A stretch of 64,000 bases of DNA, from NCBI RefSeq assembly GCF_009914755.1, contig NC_060925.1; one strand, 5' to 3'. This DNA is from the human T2T-CHM13v2.0 reference genome, Homo sapiens. The position numbers were made by a program, and so were the translations under genes. Shown here piece after piece: positions 40,001 to 54,958 of this stretch (position 1 is its first letter; every line of letters starts with the position of its first letter). The notes below the pieces were generated by a model, which saw nothing but the letters and a program-made list of their open reading frames with translations, did not search any database and was not told the DNA's origin.

Positions 40001-42310
40001 GACTCAAGAATTTTAAAATTGCTAACGTAAGAGATATAGAATATAATGTCATTTCTTCTGTTTATCTGGGTGCAGTATGTCTGCATTGACCCTTTAGAAG
40101 GGCTTCATATATTTAGATGATATAATAAATTCTCCACCTCTCCTTTTCCCTTTTCTTCTGTTATCTCTTTTTCCTTAAATGTCATTCATACATGTTGTTT
40201 TTTGACCCTTTATCTATATACGTCTGCAATGATTTTAGAGTAAAAAACTGCAAGGCGTGATTTGAATAAGGATATAAGAAATTTTACATCATTTTCTTTA
40301 TATTGTGTTCACAGTCCATAGTTACATGCTTCCTTTCTTGATGTCTCAGTTCGAATGCCTAAATTTGAACTATTAATTTTCCTTCCACCCTTTCCTGATT
40401 TTCCTGTTTTTGTTTCCCCCCCTTTCTCTGCAAATGACTTGAAACCAAAAGGTCTTCTTTTCTTTCTTTGTCAGTCTACCATATGTGTAGTATTTTGGAC
40501 AGATCACTGAACTAGGAGCCAGAAGACCAGAATTCTTCTCCAGGTCTGTTATTAATTGGTTTGGTGACCTTGTAGGAGAGCCACTGTTTTGGTCCTCCAT
40601 TTTCTGATGTTCATTGTTCATGGTCACAGAGCCAATTAGAGTTGAGACTAGAATTCCTTTCTTCTGGTGTCCAGTGCCTCATTCACTGTCCACATTGCTT
40701 CCATCTCGTGTACAAATGCGCTTATGTGCACAAAAACTCTTATAACATCCTCAAGTGCTTATTGTTAATGCGTACATGAGGAAGGAATCGTGTATTTTCA
40801 TTTATGTGTTTATTCTAATGCCCATACCCTACCCCTGTACCTGGCATGATGCCTTGGTATCTAATAGGCACACAATAAATACTTGTTCAGTCGAACAATT
40901 ATTTTTAGCCACTTTCTTATTTTGGACAACTGTGGTACTCCTAGACATTTTAAAAATAGTATTTGCAGGAGTCATGCTTACCTTACATTTGGGGAAAAAC
41001 CAAATTTTTCCCTTCCCCAGATGTTTCATTTAAACTTGTAATTTTGAATTTCTTTGTGTGTGGGGTTTCTTTCTTTCTTTTTCTGATCACTTCTGCAATT
41101 TATAAAGGTCACTTTGACTTTGGAATCTCACTTCAAAGGCACTGCCATCCACCCCCTGCCTCTCATTCAAGTTTGCTTCCACTGCTTCCTGTATTACTGT
41201 ATTACTAGGCCAGCAATTTCTGTTATTTTGTCCAGAATAGCCACACCTTATTGTAATTTCATCATTTTGGGGACTAGTCATTTTTGGAATACTATTTTTA
41301 AAATTAGAGTTAACTAAGTTTATATTTATTTTGATAATTTTTTTTGAGATTTTTTTCATTGAGTTGGATATTGCAAACTTGTACTGGATTGAGAGAATAT
41401 GTACATTTAGTAAAGTATATTTGCTTTTTTTTTTTTTGAACCAAGAGAGTCCCCTGAACACCCTACTGACAAAAACTAAAGGTGAAATATGATGAATAAA
41501 TATTTGAGAGAATCACATGGTGTTGAGTTGTCTCTGCCACATGATTTTGATCCTTGAGGGCCAGGTCTGTGCTACACACATTTCTTCTCTGTACTACAGA
41601 ACTTGTCTGGCATGTGCCCCAAATTCAGAGTCAACTGAGCGGCAGGTCTTAGTCACAGCATCTATGACTCCTGCTTTCCCACCTTTAGAACATTCTATAG
41701 GAGAGGCTGATGGTGAGTTGGAGTGTGTTTCTATGTTCTTTTTTCCTTTGAAGAGATAGGATCAGTTGAAAGCTGACCCCACCCACAGACTTTTTTTGCT
41801 ATCTCTTTTAATTAATTAAGGAGTGGCTGAAATTTTCCTCTTTGTTGACTTATGCATTGGCGGGAACTTTAAAATTCATCTAGTCTTTCTGTCCATCCCA
41901 TGCTGGATCTGATGTTTACAACATTCTAGTCAAGAGGTACCATATTTTCTCTCTTCTTGAACATCTCTTGTGGTAGACAGCTCTCCACAGCAGTTTATTC
42001 CATCTTTGGCCAGCTCTAATTCTTAGAAAGATCTTCTTATATTCAGCTGTAATCCGTCTCCTCATGACTTGTCCTCATTGACATCTACTCAGAAATTTGT
42101 CTCAGAGTCCTGAGACCTGTGCAGGTGATAGGGACCCAAAGAGATGCTTGTCTGTAGACTTTAGTGAGCTGACACCCAGCTCTCCATAAAAGGAGTCAAA
42201 CCCAGTGAGGAGCATGTCTGGGGTGATTGCTCAGGTAAAGCATCTTAGCCCTACTTGTTTCATACCTCCCTGCACAGGTGGGCACTGGTGGGAGAATAAC
42301 ATTTATCAAG

Positions 42311-42459
42311 CAGTGTTTCCCTAACCTCTCTTATGATAAGAATAGCTCAGGTGTTCTCATGGAGATTCTGATTCAGTGCATCTGGAATGTCATCTGGGAA
42401 TTTGTGTGTTCAAGAAATAGCCAGGTGATTCTTACATTAGGAAAGTTTTAGAATCACTG
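42311..42459. mobile_element. MER5-family hAT MITE
   Basis: CAGTGTTTCCCTAAC...GAGATTCTGATTCAGT...CCAGGTGATTCTTA...AGAATCACTG. Confidence 0.7.
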
Positions 42460-45400
42460 CAGAGTGAATCTGGGAAATCAAAGTGTTTGTTTTTGTTTGT
42501 TTGTTTTTTGAGAGTATTAGAGACAGGTTGCTTTGGCTAGATCCTGTGGTCATTTTTCCCCCTTGGAAATGCCTCCTACTTGCTGGCCACTTAGTACAGA
42601 GAAGAAAGCTGCTATGGTATAAGGTTAGTAAAGTTGTTTGTTTTGTCTTAAAAGAAATTTGCGAAATCCAGCATTTTCGGACTTCTGTTTGTGTTGTATG
42701 ACTTTGTTGTAAGCCTCCTTATTCCTCCATTAGAATGTTACCTGAGATGTTAGAATGCATAGGAGTTCCACAGCCTTTTTGGTGTCCACTAAAGAATTCT
42801 GTCCTCAGCCGTTGCAAATGGTGCTTCCTTTGAGGATTTCTGCTTCATTAGCTCATGAACACATATTTGGTGTCGGCAGTTTCCCTCAGATGTGTTAGTG
42901 TGGAGAGATATAAAGGTCACTCATTTCTGGTGGTCCTGCTTTTGGGGTTTCTGGGCTGCTGCAGCAAATGAAATAAGGAAAGGAAAATAAAGGAGGAATC
43001 TAGGGCTTCTTGAGCAGAACAAAACAATCTGCAAGAAGGGGCACAGGATTGCTCCTCTCACAAAGACACTTGATAATACTGTCCTTGATAGGAAGAAGGA
43101 AGTGGCTTCAGATCTGAAAGGATATGCTCATAGGCTTGAGACGGGACAAACTGCATCACTGGTAGTGGTAGGAGGTTTGCCGTAGATCTGTTTTTTCTCC
43201 TGTCTCTCTTTTTTGAGGAGAATATTATCTGTATGGCAGAACATACATTGTGGTCTTAAAAAGGAGAGTAAAGCCAAGAAAGGGGGATGATAAAGCCATA
43301 GCTTGGAATAAGAAAAGCAAAGGAATTATTGTATTAATTTGTGTATGTAAATACATAGGTTTCCATGTAATTCACTGGTAGGATCACTAGCCCTTGGCAC
43401 TAACATTTGCTATCTTTGTAGCTCTGCTGTCTTAGTGGTGTATTGGGGGAGCATTGTGGTGTGTTGTCACACTTAATTTGTGTGCTTCCCTTGGCATCAT
43501 GTGGTAGCAAGTACAGGGTATTCTACTCTTCTAGATGTGTGGGAATCATTGACCAAGTAGAAAATATGGTCCTGCTCCCAAGGAGCTGACATCATCATGG
43601 AGACAAGACAGATAAGCACACAATTAGGAATATGAAATACAGTTATTTTATCATTTATCTATGCTCTCTGAAAGCAGTTTCCTGCAGTCAGGGTGACTCA
43701 GAGCTATAGGGTCTTGGGAGTAAACTTCAGGTCTTAATACCACCAGGGAAAGGCGACCTCCAGCTCACCCTTGCTGGGCTTGTCTGCTGTCGTGAGCTGT
43801 CTGCCATTTTCCTCTTTCTGTGTTGTAATTTAGAAGTATTAGAACTTGGCTTGGGGAAAAGACAAAAACCCCTTTGTCTGGTGAGGGTGTAAATATAAAT
43901 TTGGCACATGTTGTGGTGTCTATTATGTCTGTTAGTGGGTTTGCGGCAAGAGAGAGTGCTGTGTTCTTAGTCCCGAATGCCAAGCCTGAACTAGGACAAG
44001 TTATGGTGGAAATATCTTCCTTGGAAGATGCAGTTCTCAGTGGCAGTGGCTGAAGGAACTTCTCGTCACAGCCAGGCAGTGACTGAAGTGTGGTGTGGAC
44101 ACACCCAGAGTTGCTGCCTCAGGTGGCATTGATTAATCATACTAATATCTCCCTCACCCTTTTGTACTTGTCTTGGCAAAACCCTGTTCTACTAGCTCCC
44201 CAATAGTTTGGCCTTTACTAGGTATGATTGAACAAGCTCTTGGGGGTTCACCTTAGTGTCCCTTGCCCCTCTCGCATTTCCAGCCAGCTATGTCGCTCCA
44301 GCCATGGTACCCCGGGTCCTCTGGCCAGGCAGTGAGGGGCTGGGTTTTTCTTCCCATTGGACTGAAGCACCTTTCCCTGGAGGCTTGCCTAGGGCAGTTT
44401 CTGGTCTCTGAGTCAGTTCCTTCTGCAGGATACTGGCAGCTGGCAGAACTCTGGGTTATTTGAATACATCAGCCAAACATCTTGCCAAGATGGACTCATT
44501 GTTGCATAACGACAGGTTGGATCTATGGGTGTTGCAGAACCTGTTTCTGGGTTAAGAGTAGCTCTCTCACCCTTATTATATATGTTTATTCATATGATGA
44601 ATGTATGTGTGTATTTTGTGAAGTAAGGAAAACATGATGATAATATTGTGGTTGGAGTTAGATACCTTATCCTAAATATGTTGTCTTTTTAACAAATAGC
44701 ATTCCTTTAAAATACAGTTGTGCTTGATGAATAAGGTGTTGTACAAGAAGCTGTGGTTACATTCTAAAATAAACTGCCTTGTTCTGAGGCAGGCACGTTT
44801 TAAAATTGTTGTTTGCTTCTTTTTCATCTCTTTTTATTTTCATCTTTTTTTGTGTGAGAAGATTCTGGAAGTTTTTAAGCCTCAAATATTTTCAATAATC
44901 TATTTTAACGGGTACCTAGCAGGGAGAGGTTGTTCTATTGGTATACCTAACCAACATTCAAATAAGAATAATTGAATACTGTTTACTCACTAATCTATTC
45001 TGTTGAGTTTCTAAGTATGAATAATCACAAAACTAGATAGTGCTGATATATTAACTTCTCTAAATGGTAAATGTGGTAAGTAGCAAAGACATTTTTGTTT
45101 AATTCTCTCCTTACACATGCTTTGGTTCAGACGCTGTCAAGACACATTGAAGTTTGAGGACATGTGTATTTCGATTATTTTATTATATTTTTATTTGCTG
45201 TGAATATGGGTTTATTTATTTGCTAGATCTTCTTTAGTTAGAAACATTAAGGGCATTTACTTTATTACAACATTTAAAGTGCATTCTAATCTTCATGAGG
45301 AATTTTAGGTAAAAGACCGTATCCTGAGATTCATGCAAGTCTTTGGCATTATGTTACTATTTGAAGTAAGTAATATGTAGTGGCTTCTCTGACATATTCT

Positions 45401-45714
45401 TTCTAAGAGAGTTAAGGAAAATAGTTGTAACTAAAAGCAAACATTGAAACAGTTTAAGGTAGGTTTACGTAGCAACAGAATTATTCGTTATGTTTACAGA
45501 TAATTAACTCATATTTATACTTTGCTGATTTTCTCTGGCACCTTTACAAGATTTTTTTATTTTTGTAATATAAAAAGTAATTATGTTTGAAAAAGTAGTT
45601 AAGGATGTTTGAAGAATCTAGAAAAGCATAAATAAAATGTCCACAATCATGCTGCCATTAATTTTTTGGTATACGTCTTTGGTTTTTTTACCCTTAGATT
45701 TAGAAAAGCTGTTG

Positions 45715-45721
<7 letters not shown>

Positions 45722-45763
<42 letters not shown>
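45722..45763. repeat. (TA)21 microsatellite
   Basis: Direct reading. Confidence 0.95.
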
Positions 45764-45767
<4 letters not shown>

Positions 45768-47678
45768 TAGTTTATGAACAGATCTACATATATATATATG
45801 CACACACACATAATATACTATTGTCAACACTAGGTTTTATTTTTAAAAATCTTTACCATTTGATAAGTGGTAAATATTACTTAATCTTAATATGCCTCAT
45901 TACAGTGATATTGAATGTTTTTTCATATCATCAGTGGCGTTTGTATTGCCTTTTTTTCTACTTCTTTTGGTAAATTGTGTCTTTTACTCATTTAATTATT
46001 TTCTTACTGGTTTGAAAAAGCTCTTTAAATATTAAGGGTGTTAGTCTTTTGTCTTAAATATGTCACAATATGTATGGAAATAATTAGCAGTATATAACAT
46101 AACATCAAATTGCTACCAATGTTGATATAAAAATTGTTCATTTCATAGGTTAATTTTTTTTAATCCTTTGGTTTCTAATGATATTGGTTAATTCATTTGT
46201 TAACTGCTATTTTCTGTAGCTACTTGAAAGTTCTTATCTGACTGTATCGTAAATCAGCATGCTTTCAGCTGTATATGTCTAGGAAATTGACATTTACTTT
46301 AATACTTAATAAAAAAATATGTTGGAGAAAAGCAGTGTATTCTGGAGTCAAATACATGATTTTGGGTGGGTGACGTAATCGGCTACTGTCCTCCTTTTCT
46401 AGATAGCCAAGATTTTTGAAGCATTTAACATCCCTGAAAGGCAGGACTAATGCTATGTCTACCATGCACTGCTAATTCTGACACTTTGACCTAATGGATA
46501 AATGCCAGTACAGTGGGTCTAGCCAGTTAGCTTGGTCAGAGAACAAGATGACTAAGATTCTCTCCCCTTTTCCTCACCAAATTGATTAGTTGTAGGACAG
46601 AACTGACTGAAGCAACCTGTTGTTTTGGCAACCCATGGACACCACCTGTTTCTTCCATTCCTCCGTCCAGCCTCTCACTGCCCTAGTGCAGTGCTGTGTG
46701 CATAGTGGGTAGGAGATCAATGTTGTTGCTAAAGAAAGTAGCAATAAAGAAGAGTAGATTGCTTTTTTTCCAAGCTTTTGTGTTTTTAAGGCACCCCGCT
46801 GGTTTTGACATTCGTTGCTCCAGCTGAACTGCTCTATGCTGAAGCCCTGCAGGTCTCAAGTGTTTGGTTCAGAGTAATTTCAGGCCATATGAATGCTTTC
46901 TTAAGTATCATTGGAATTTACTGGGCTGGCTGTCTGCCAGCTATTACCATATTTAGCATGAAGAGACCTGGGGAATGAGGACATTTCTGATCAACCAAGG
47001 AAGGAAACCTATTTGAAGGATTACAATATTTTCTTTTTTTTTTTTTAATGGTGTAGTTCAGAAAACGCCAGTTAGACTGAGACTCAGATTTATGTCCACT
47101 GGTCTTTGTTTCTGTGCCCCATCCCAAAATTAATTTATGAATAGGAAAAGAGATTTGATAGTGAAGTTCTTTCTCACTCTGAAGTCTAATACTGTTTCTG
47201 GGAGGAAGTAAGAGAATTATTATGCCCACACTGTGCACTGAGAGGCTTAACCAGCAGGTGAAGCTGTTGATTAAAAACATAGGTTGATGAGTATTCTCAT
47301 TTTTCTCCTTTGAAGCTTTCAGAAATTTTCTGCTTTGTCCTGGTCTAAATTTATTTTGGCCCAGCCCTTGTCTCCACCCTACATTTCAAACCAGTAGCCT
47401 TCCCTCTATGGCTCAACATTTCTCTGCCTCAGTTTTTTCCATTTTAAAGATGAAGATATTGTTTGGAAGGACCAGTAAATACAATTAATATAAAAATTGC
47501 TTCTGTAGAATCAAACAACCTCCAACATTTCTGTTGGAAATTTATAGTTTATAGAGTATTCTTACACAATGATCTCCTTTAATCCTCACAAACTTGGTGG
47601 AAATGGAGCCTCACAGGGGCTAGGTGACTTGTATACATTGTTTACCCCTACATAATAAGTGACAGAGCTGGTACTTAA

Positions 47679-47990
<312 letters not shown>

Positions 47991-49259
47991 CTTGCAGCTT
48001 GATTTTTTAAACATCAGATTTTTTTTTCTTTTTTGATTTTTATTATTATGTGTCTGTCATTCTGCTAGGGGCTTTGCAAATATTGCTTTATTTAATTCAT
48101 ATGGCTATCCTTTGGAGTAGACAATATTTTTCTACATTATAGGTAAGGAATTTGGAACTTAGGTTCACAGCTTTGGATGTTGGCCTATGGTTAGTGAGGG
48201 GTGTAGCCAGGATTCAAACCCCTGTCTGGCTCTAGGGCCGCTGCAATAAATCATGGTGTTTTATGTACATTCATACACTTAACACTTTGCAACAACCCTA
48301 AGAGACAGGGGTAGGTATTTAGGGAAACTGGGGCTTCTAACTTGCACAGGATAATGCAATTAGTAAGTGGCTTAGTCGAGATTCAGAGCTAGATCTGTCT
48401 CCATAACCCTCACTCATTCCAGGATACTGCAGATGCCTATTTTTATGATATGTATAAGTAAAAATTAATTTAAAAAACTACCTTCTTTGAAGGGTCAGCC
48501 AGTTAGAACTCTTTTGTATCTTCTGAATAAGTAAGAAGTGGATGGACATTAGCTGACCGATACATTGATGGCTTTTAACCTTCTATCAGTTGATTTCCAT
48601 TACCAGGACAAGCAAATATAATTTGGAGGGAAAAGAGGGGAGTTTCCATTAAGGATGAATCTTTAAGCTGAAAAGGGCCACAGTGATGAACTCTTCAGAG
48701 GACTGCTCTCAGGAGCAATGGCCCTTCTCCTCTGGGCTCTGCTTGGGGCATTCCTGTTTGTATTTATGGAGACATCTTTTTGAAAGGCAGATGCCAGCTT
48801 TGGTGGGGAGAAGGTTGGAAAACATACAAGCCTTGCTCTAAATTTACTAGCCCCGTGTCTTTGGGCTAGTTTCTGAAGCATGGTGTGCCTCAATTTTATT
48901 ATTTTAAAAATAAAGATAGTAGCAGTATATTTTGGAGTTGTTATGAAGATAATATCAGTTAATAAATGTTAGATTCATTGGACAGTACCAGGCACATAGT
49001 TAAAGTGCAGTAAATAGTAGTTATTGTTGGTATTGGTGTTATTTTATGTTGCAGTACAGACTGGCTTCTTGGTGCATTCACTTTTCTTTAATCAAAAGTG
49101 GATGAGTGATTGGGAACCTTCATGAGGAAATAGGAACATCATCTTTGCAGCCTGTGGATTGTTCACTGGTTTCCTGTGATCTAATAATTATTTAAGGGTT
49201 TCATATTTGAGTCTTTTCCCTTAATGAGGTACACTTTCAGTTTGGGGAGATTTTATCTA

Positions 49260-49627
49260 TAGGCATACCTTATTTTATTTTGTGTTCCCTTTTATTGTGC
49301 TTCACAGATTTTGTTTTATTTTTTACAAATTGAAAGTTTGTGGCAACCCTATGTCGAGCAAATGTATCAGCACCATTTTTTCCAATAGCATATACTCACT
49401 ATATGTCCCTGTGTCAGTATTTTTTAGCAATAAAGTATTTTTAAACTCAGGTATATGCATTATGCTTTAGACATAATGCTGTTGCATGCTTAATGGACTA
49501 GAGTATACTGTAAACATAACTTTTGTATGCACTGGGGAACCAAAAAATTTCTGACTTGCTTCATTGTACTGTTTGCTTTATTGAGGTGAGCTGGAGCTGA
49601 AGCCACAATATCACAAAGGTATGCTTG
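49260..49627 (+). mobile_element. Internally deleted Tigger1 (TcMar) with both ends
   Basis: TA|TAGGCATACCT...AGGTATGCTTG|TA, i.e. TIRs and TA duplication. Contains the Tigger1 motif TTACAAATTGAAAGTTTGTGGCAACCCT. Confidence 0.88.
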
Positions 49628-52194
49628 TATTATGCAAGTTGCATTGATAGGTGTTAAATCATTTTCCCAATTTTTATTAACCACACATTTGTGATTGGAT
49701 GTTATGTTTAGTAAAGATATTGTGATTTTCTGAGGTACAGCTTTGAGAACAGTATCAGGTCTAACACTCTTGTTTCCAAATTTCCTATGATATGACAAAC
49801 ATAATCACATGCCATCCAGTGTCACCATGCAGAGTACTAATGTGAAGCCAAAATACTTGGTGTTTTAATTAGCCTTAAAGCAGTTAATGAACTATCTCTG
49901 TTAGACATTTTGAAATAATAAAAATATCCCATTGTCTTTTATTACAACCTCAGGGGCTCCTGGAGATTTTGGGATCTTGTGTGGGGAACCACCCATCTAA
50001 TCCATCCTTGTTTTAAAGAGAGAAAACCAAAGAAGCAAAGTGACTGGCCCAAGTACCTAGAGCTGGGTCAGGGTTGGGGCCAGAATCCAATCTCTTGACT
50101 TTTAGTCAAGTGATTTTTCCACTATGCTCAGTACTCAAATTATGTATCAATATGTCGGCCCTTGTTTTTTGAGGTCTGAAAAGGGTTAGTGCCAGTCAAC
50201 AACAGTAGAGGAGTAGAAAGGGTGTTGGGATGGGAGAGGTGTGGCTATATTTAAAATTTCAATGACAGCAGTGAAAATAATTTGCCTGTGAACCTCTGCC
50301 TGTCCCTTTGGACTTCTTTGTAGTAGTTGAGACAGCCCGGCAGGTCTGGTGTCATTAGTGATTCAGAATTGGATTAACCTGGACTGGTGGAGTTACTTTC
50401 TCAGAAAAGGGCTTTATATTTTAACATTTGTTTCCCTTGACAGTTTGCTTCTTCTCAAGTTTTGGCAGCCTTGAACAAGTGGTTGTCAGGTTTTTATTTT
50501 GTTTTGTTTTAAGAAAAAATTCCAAATTTTATTTTGCCGATTTAGTAAGTTATCCTCTACCTGCCACTCCCTTCTGCTCCCTCTATAATTATTTCTAAGA
50601 CTTTATTTTTCCATTGTGGGAACATTATGGAAGGTTTTCTTTTACAGTCTGAGATATTTATAATTATGTGTAAGCACACAGTTTATAGAATATGTAAATG
50701 GTCCATATGTTAACTTAAATACCCTTAAAATATTTTCCAATAATTTAAATCTTTCCATAAAAGTAGCTGAAGCTGCTTATAATAAAAGAGAAGTATACAC
50801 GAAGGATAGCAGAATTTGGATGTAGTTAATATAGATAAATATGAATGTCACTTTGGAGGAACTGGAAGTATTTGCATGAATACTGATCAAGTCATGCCTC
50901 CTTGTTAATAGAGTGAACAAAACAGATGAATGTTTCTGTTTTCATGAAGTTTATGTGACTATCAGTAGCTTCCATATTCTGAGGGTTTATTATGTGACAG
51001 ATGCTTGGGGACAAAATACTTTACTTGTTTCCTTTAGTCCTTAAAATAGATGTTAGGATTCTTGTTTACAGAAAAGTTAAGGAATGTTCATCCAGATCAC
51101 CTAGCCAGTCAGTGGTAAAGAACAGTCACTGGAACCCCTCTTTCCTGATCCAAAGCCAACATACTTAACCATAATAAATAATGCCATTGTCTGGTGGAAT
51201 CCTGTAGTCCCTTAGATAGTGTAATTTTGTATTTAATGTAAACATTTTGTGCACTAAACTGACTTACATTTTACTTTTTAAAACAATATTTTAATTCTGA
51301 ATGAACATTTGCATAATAGGAGAATGATCTAAATTGCAAACTTCCATTTTGAAGAGTTGTAGTTCTTTTAAATCTTTTTGTAACTGGGAAGAAGAATGGA
51401 ATTATGTTTGTTGTAATCCAAGGAAAGTTGGTTAGCATTCTTTCCTGTTACTTTTTGATCCCAAAAGAAATTCTTTAGTAGATTAAGACCAGGAATGAAT
51501 GTGTGGATTTTTTTAAATAAAAAATTGAGAGAGATTGCAACTAGCAATTCAGAGCCAGATTTATGTTCAGAAATGTTTGATGCCAGCCGTTTTAGTTACA
51601 AATAGCTTTTTCTTGACTGTACAGTTGTGTTCTTATGGTACCATTCTGAAAGTGATGTAAGAGACCATGTAAAATGATTGGAATGCCTCAGCATCTGAAC
51701 AATGCACATAGCCAATTATTAAAATTACCCAGTACTAACCTGTCTTGGCTTAGGAACTATGAAATTAACTGTGGGTAGCATTTCTACACATATCATTACA
51801 GAACAAGCATAAAGACAAGCTTGTTTTTTTCCTTTTCTGTGGATTTGTTTTTTCTTATTACCATATCTTTTGTTACTGAAAACTGGTGGTCATCTGTACT
51901 AATAGATAAGAGAAGTGTGTTTGACACCAATACCTAATCTTAGATTATCCCTGCTATTTTAAAACACAGTCCTTCGCCTGCATGCTCAGACATGTGGGTT
52001 CTTTCAAACATACTGGACTTCCTCCTTAGGTTTTAGTTGTGTTAGTCAATAGTTGAATGTTGAAGGAGAGGATGCCAAGGGATATTAAAGAAGGTAAAAG
52101 AGATAAGTGACAGCAAACATTATTTATTTTTAATTATCTCTCAGAATGACTTTTAGATACCCTTCCCTACTACCTTTTGATTTTTGCTTTAGCA

Positions 52195-52405
52195 TAGCTG
52201 GTGAGTTTTGGAATCAGAGAGACTGGGCTCTGATTTGTACTAGCTAAGAATATTAGACAAGCCACTTAACTTCTTTAAGTCTCAGTACCCGTATTTATAT
52301 AATGGGAATAATAGTAATATCTAACTTGCAGGATTGTTTGTAAAGATTGAAAGCAACATATTTAATTGTGCTTGCGTGGTTCTGGGCACAGAATAGGCAC
52401 CCGAG
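52195..52405 (+). mobile_element. MIR SINE relic
   Basis: TTGGAATCAGA...CAAGCCACTTAACTTCT...ATAATGGGAATAATAGTA. Confidence 0.6.
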
Positions 52406-54923
52406 TGTAGGGGCCCCTGAACTTTAAAGTTCATTACTTTCATGGTAATTCCTCCTTTGGAATATATAGCCTGGGAACATTTGTCTCTAGACCTTGTTTC
52501 AGTTTCTTTTAATGACTCCCTTTAGGCTCTGCTTCATGGCCAATGCAAGATTATGGATCACCTAAAGAGTAGACTAAAAGTACTATTGTCTAGTAACTTC
52601 AAGTTTGTAGGTTAACTCACTGTGAATCAAAAGCTTTTAAAAATCTTTTGTGTGGTCATAGTTTGTAGTGTCTTGTACCTCTCATCTCAGAAGCAATTGA
52701 TTCATAGAAAAAATTATTTAGGATTTCAGATTAAAGATGAAGAACTCTTTCAATAAGAAGGAACTGATTTGGTTGGATTATTTGTTTCTTTCACCCCTGA
52801 GTTTTCATGGAAATCAGGTTTAAAAGGTTAGAAGCAGTTGGTTTTCAGCATTGGGAAAGCTTATCTGATCAGGCATGCGAAGTGGCCTATGTCGGATTTC
52901 TGAGCTAGGAAAGGCTAGGGGAGGTTGAGGAGATTATTGTACTTGTAATTCCTGAGCATGGTTGAGACACAAGGAGAGGATTGTGGAAATTGTTTTTAAA
53001 AAATTGTTGAAGTTAATGCATTCTTGGGTGGATTTGCAAAACAGAACAAAACAAAAAGTTGTTGAAGTTAGTTACACTGGTCTAACAACGTATACTTACC
53101 ACCCCCATTTGGGCTGGAGGAATGGATCTAATAATAATATAGGTGTTTGTGATCTAATTTGAATCATGTAATCATTTATCATTTCTGGGTTAGATGGTAA
53201 GGATTTTCTGTTTCACAGATTTTTAGACTGGGAATTGTGCTATTATAAAATAATATTTTACATTAAATAATGCTATCTAGGTTGTAATCACCTTAATAGA
53301 CATGATTTATTTGGGCCACAAATGAACTCTGGTAAGAATGGAGGGCTGGTTACATTATTTTAGTTTTACAGATGAAAATAATCAGTCTCAAATAGCTTAA
53401 GGGAATTCCTTTAGACCATATGGTTAGTATATGGAAAAGCCAGAGCTAGAACCCAGGTTCTGATTTCCAGAGCAGTTCTTATTTCATGATACCGCATAAT
53501 TTTATAATGTCCCTAAATCCGAATTTCATTTCTCATGATGTGAAAGGATTCTCTTTATTTCTGTTTGGTTAGCTGCATCAGAGCATGACAGAAATGGAGC
53601 AGAATTTGAGTATTCTTTCCCCAGATGGGTCAGTTAGCTTTTCTTAAAGCTATTCTGTGCTTACATTGTTAATCAGTTGTCCCTGGTTCCTAGACAGGAT
53701 GTTGATACATGTGAAATAGGCAGGAATATGTGTCTGACTCAGCTTAACTCATCACAACTTTCATATGTCCTGCTAGTGGGTCTATAACGTCACCCTCGTT
53801 TACAGGCGTTTTTAATTTTCTGATGTCTATTTCTTAGTATTTTTCCTCAGCCATTTTTAATGTCTCAAGCCGTAGTTCTTCCTGAGTGGCCTGAAGTGAT
53901 TTTGCTGCTCTTTAAAGCTTCCTTAAGGTTTTTCAAGAGCGTACAACATAGGCTGCTTCTAAGTGTATTTTTATTTCCTAGCTCTTAGCATTTCTCACCT
54001 TATCATTATAACTTTAAATTTAAACAGAATACAAATTGTGTACACAGATGGTGTGTCACTATTGCACTGTCACTTATGTAAGTGCAGTTTAGCATTTCTT
54101 CTTTCCTTTTAATCAAAATGAGGAAATAGAAAATGTTTTGTTATGGTAGTTTTACACATACACCCACAAGGAAATGTGTATCTAGAGTCTGTGGGAACTG
54201 TGACTGATACATTTCAGGGAATAAAATGTATGATGGCTAAAATTTTAACTCTGCCAAATGTTCACGGGGAAAGAAAAATTAACAAACTCACATTTTACAC
54301 TTTATTTTAGCCTAGTCTCTGCCTTGTTTACATCTATATGATAATGAAGCTATACTTGTCTTTCCACAACAGTGTATTTTATAAGTTGTACCTTTTGTTT
54401 AAGGGAGCCTTCTTAACAAACTTTCTTTCAGTTGTCCAGTGTACAGAAGCTTACTGGAAGGAGTGGCCAACTAGTTAAAGGTTTGACACCTCAATATCAA
54501 CAAAATGCCAAGTGGATCATTTTGACTCTCACAGCAATCCAACTGGACATTTGACCATGCCCCGTGGTCAGTGGAGAGCTTCTTCTCTGAAGGCCACTTT
54601 TATCTAGCACATCAAGGCTATACACCTCTTTCACTAAGAAGAATTTGGCACTTTTATGTTGTGAGAGCTGAGATTCACCATTCTCCACCATCCTGAGAAG
54701 AGCTTTGATAGAAGGGCTACTCGTGAGGTACATAGATTATCTAAAATACATACAATTTTTTCATAGAAAATTATATATGTATTATAATTTTTATTCAAGA
54801 CAGGTTGAAATTAATAGATTTCTTACATTCACTGCATTAAAGGAATATTTATGGCTTTGGTAATATTTTAAATTTCAAATTAAAAAATTTGAATATCTGA
54901 ATTAAGTATCTCTGATTTAACTC

Positions 54924-54958
54924 TGTGTGTGTGTGCGTGTGTGTGTGTGTGTGTGTGT
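54924..54958. repeat. (TG)n microsatellite with one CG interruption
   Basis: Direct reading. Confidence 0.95.
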
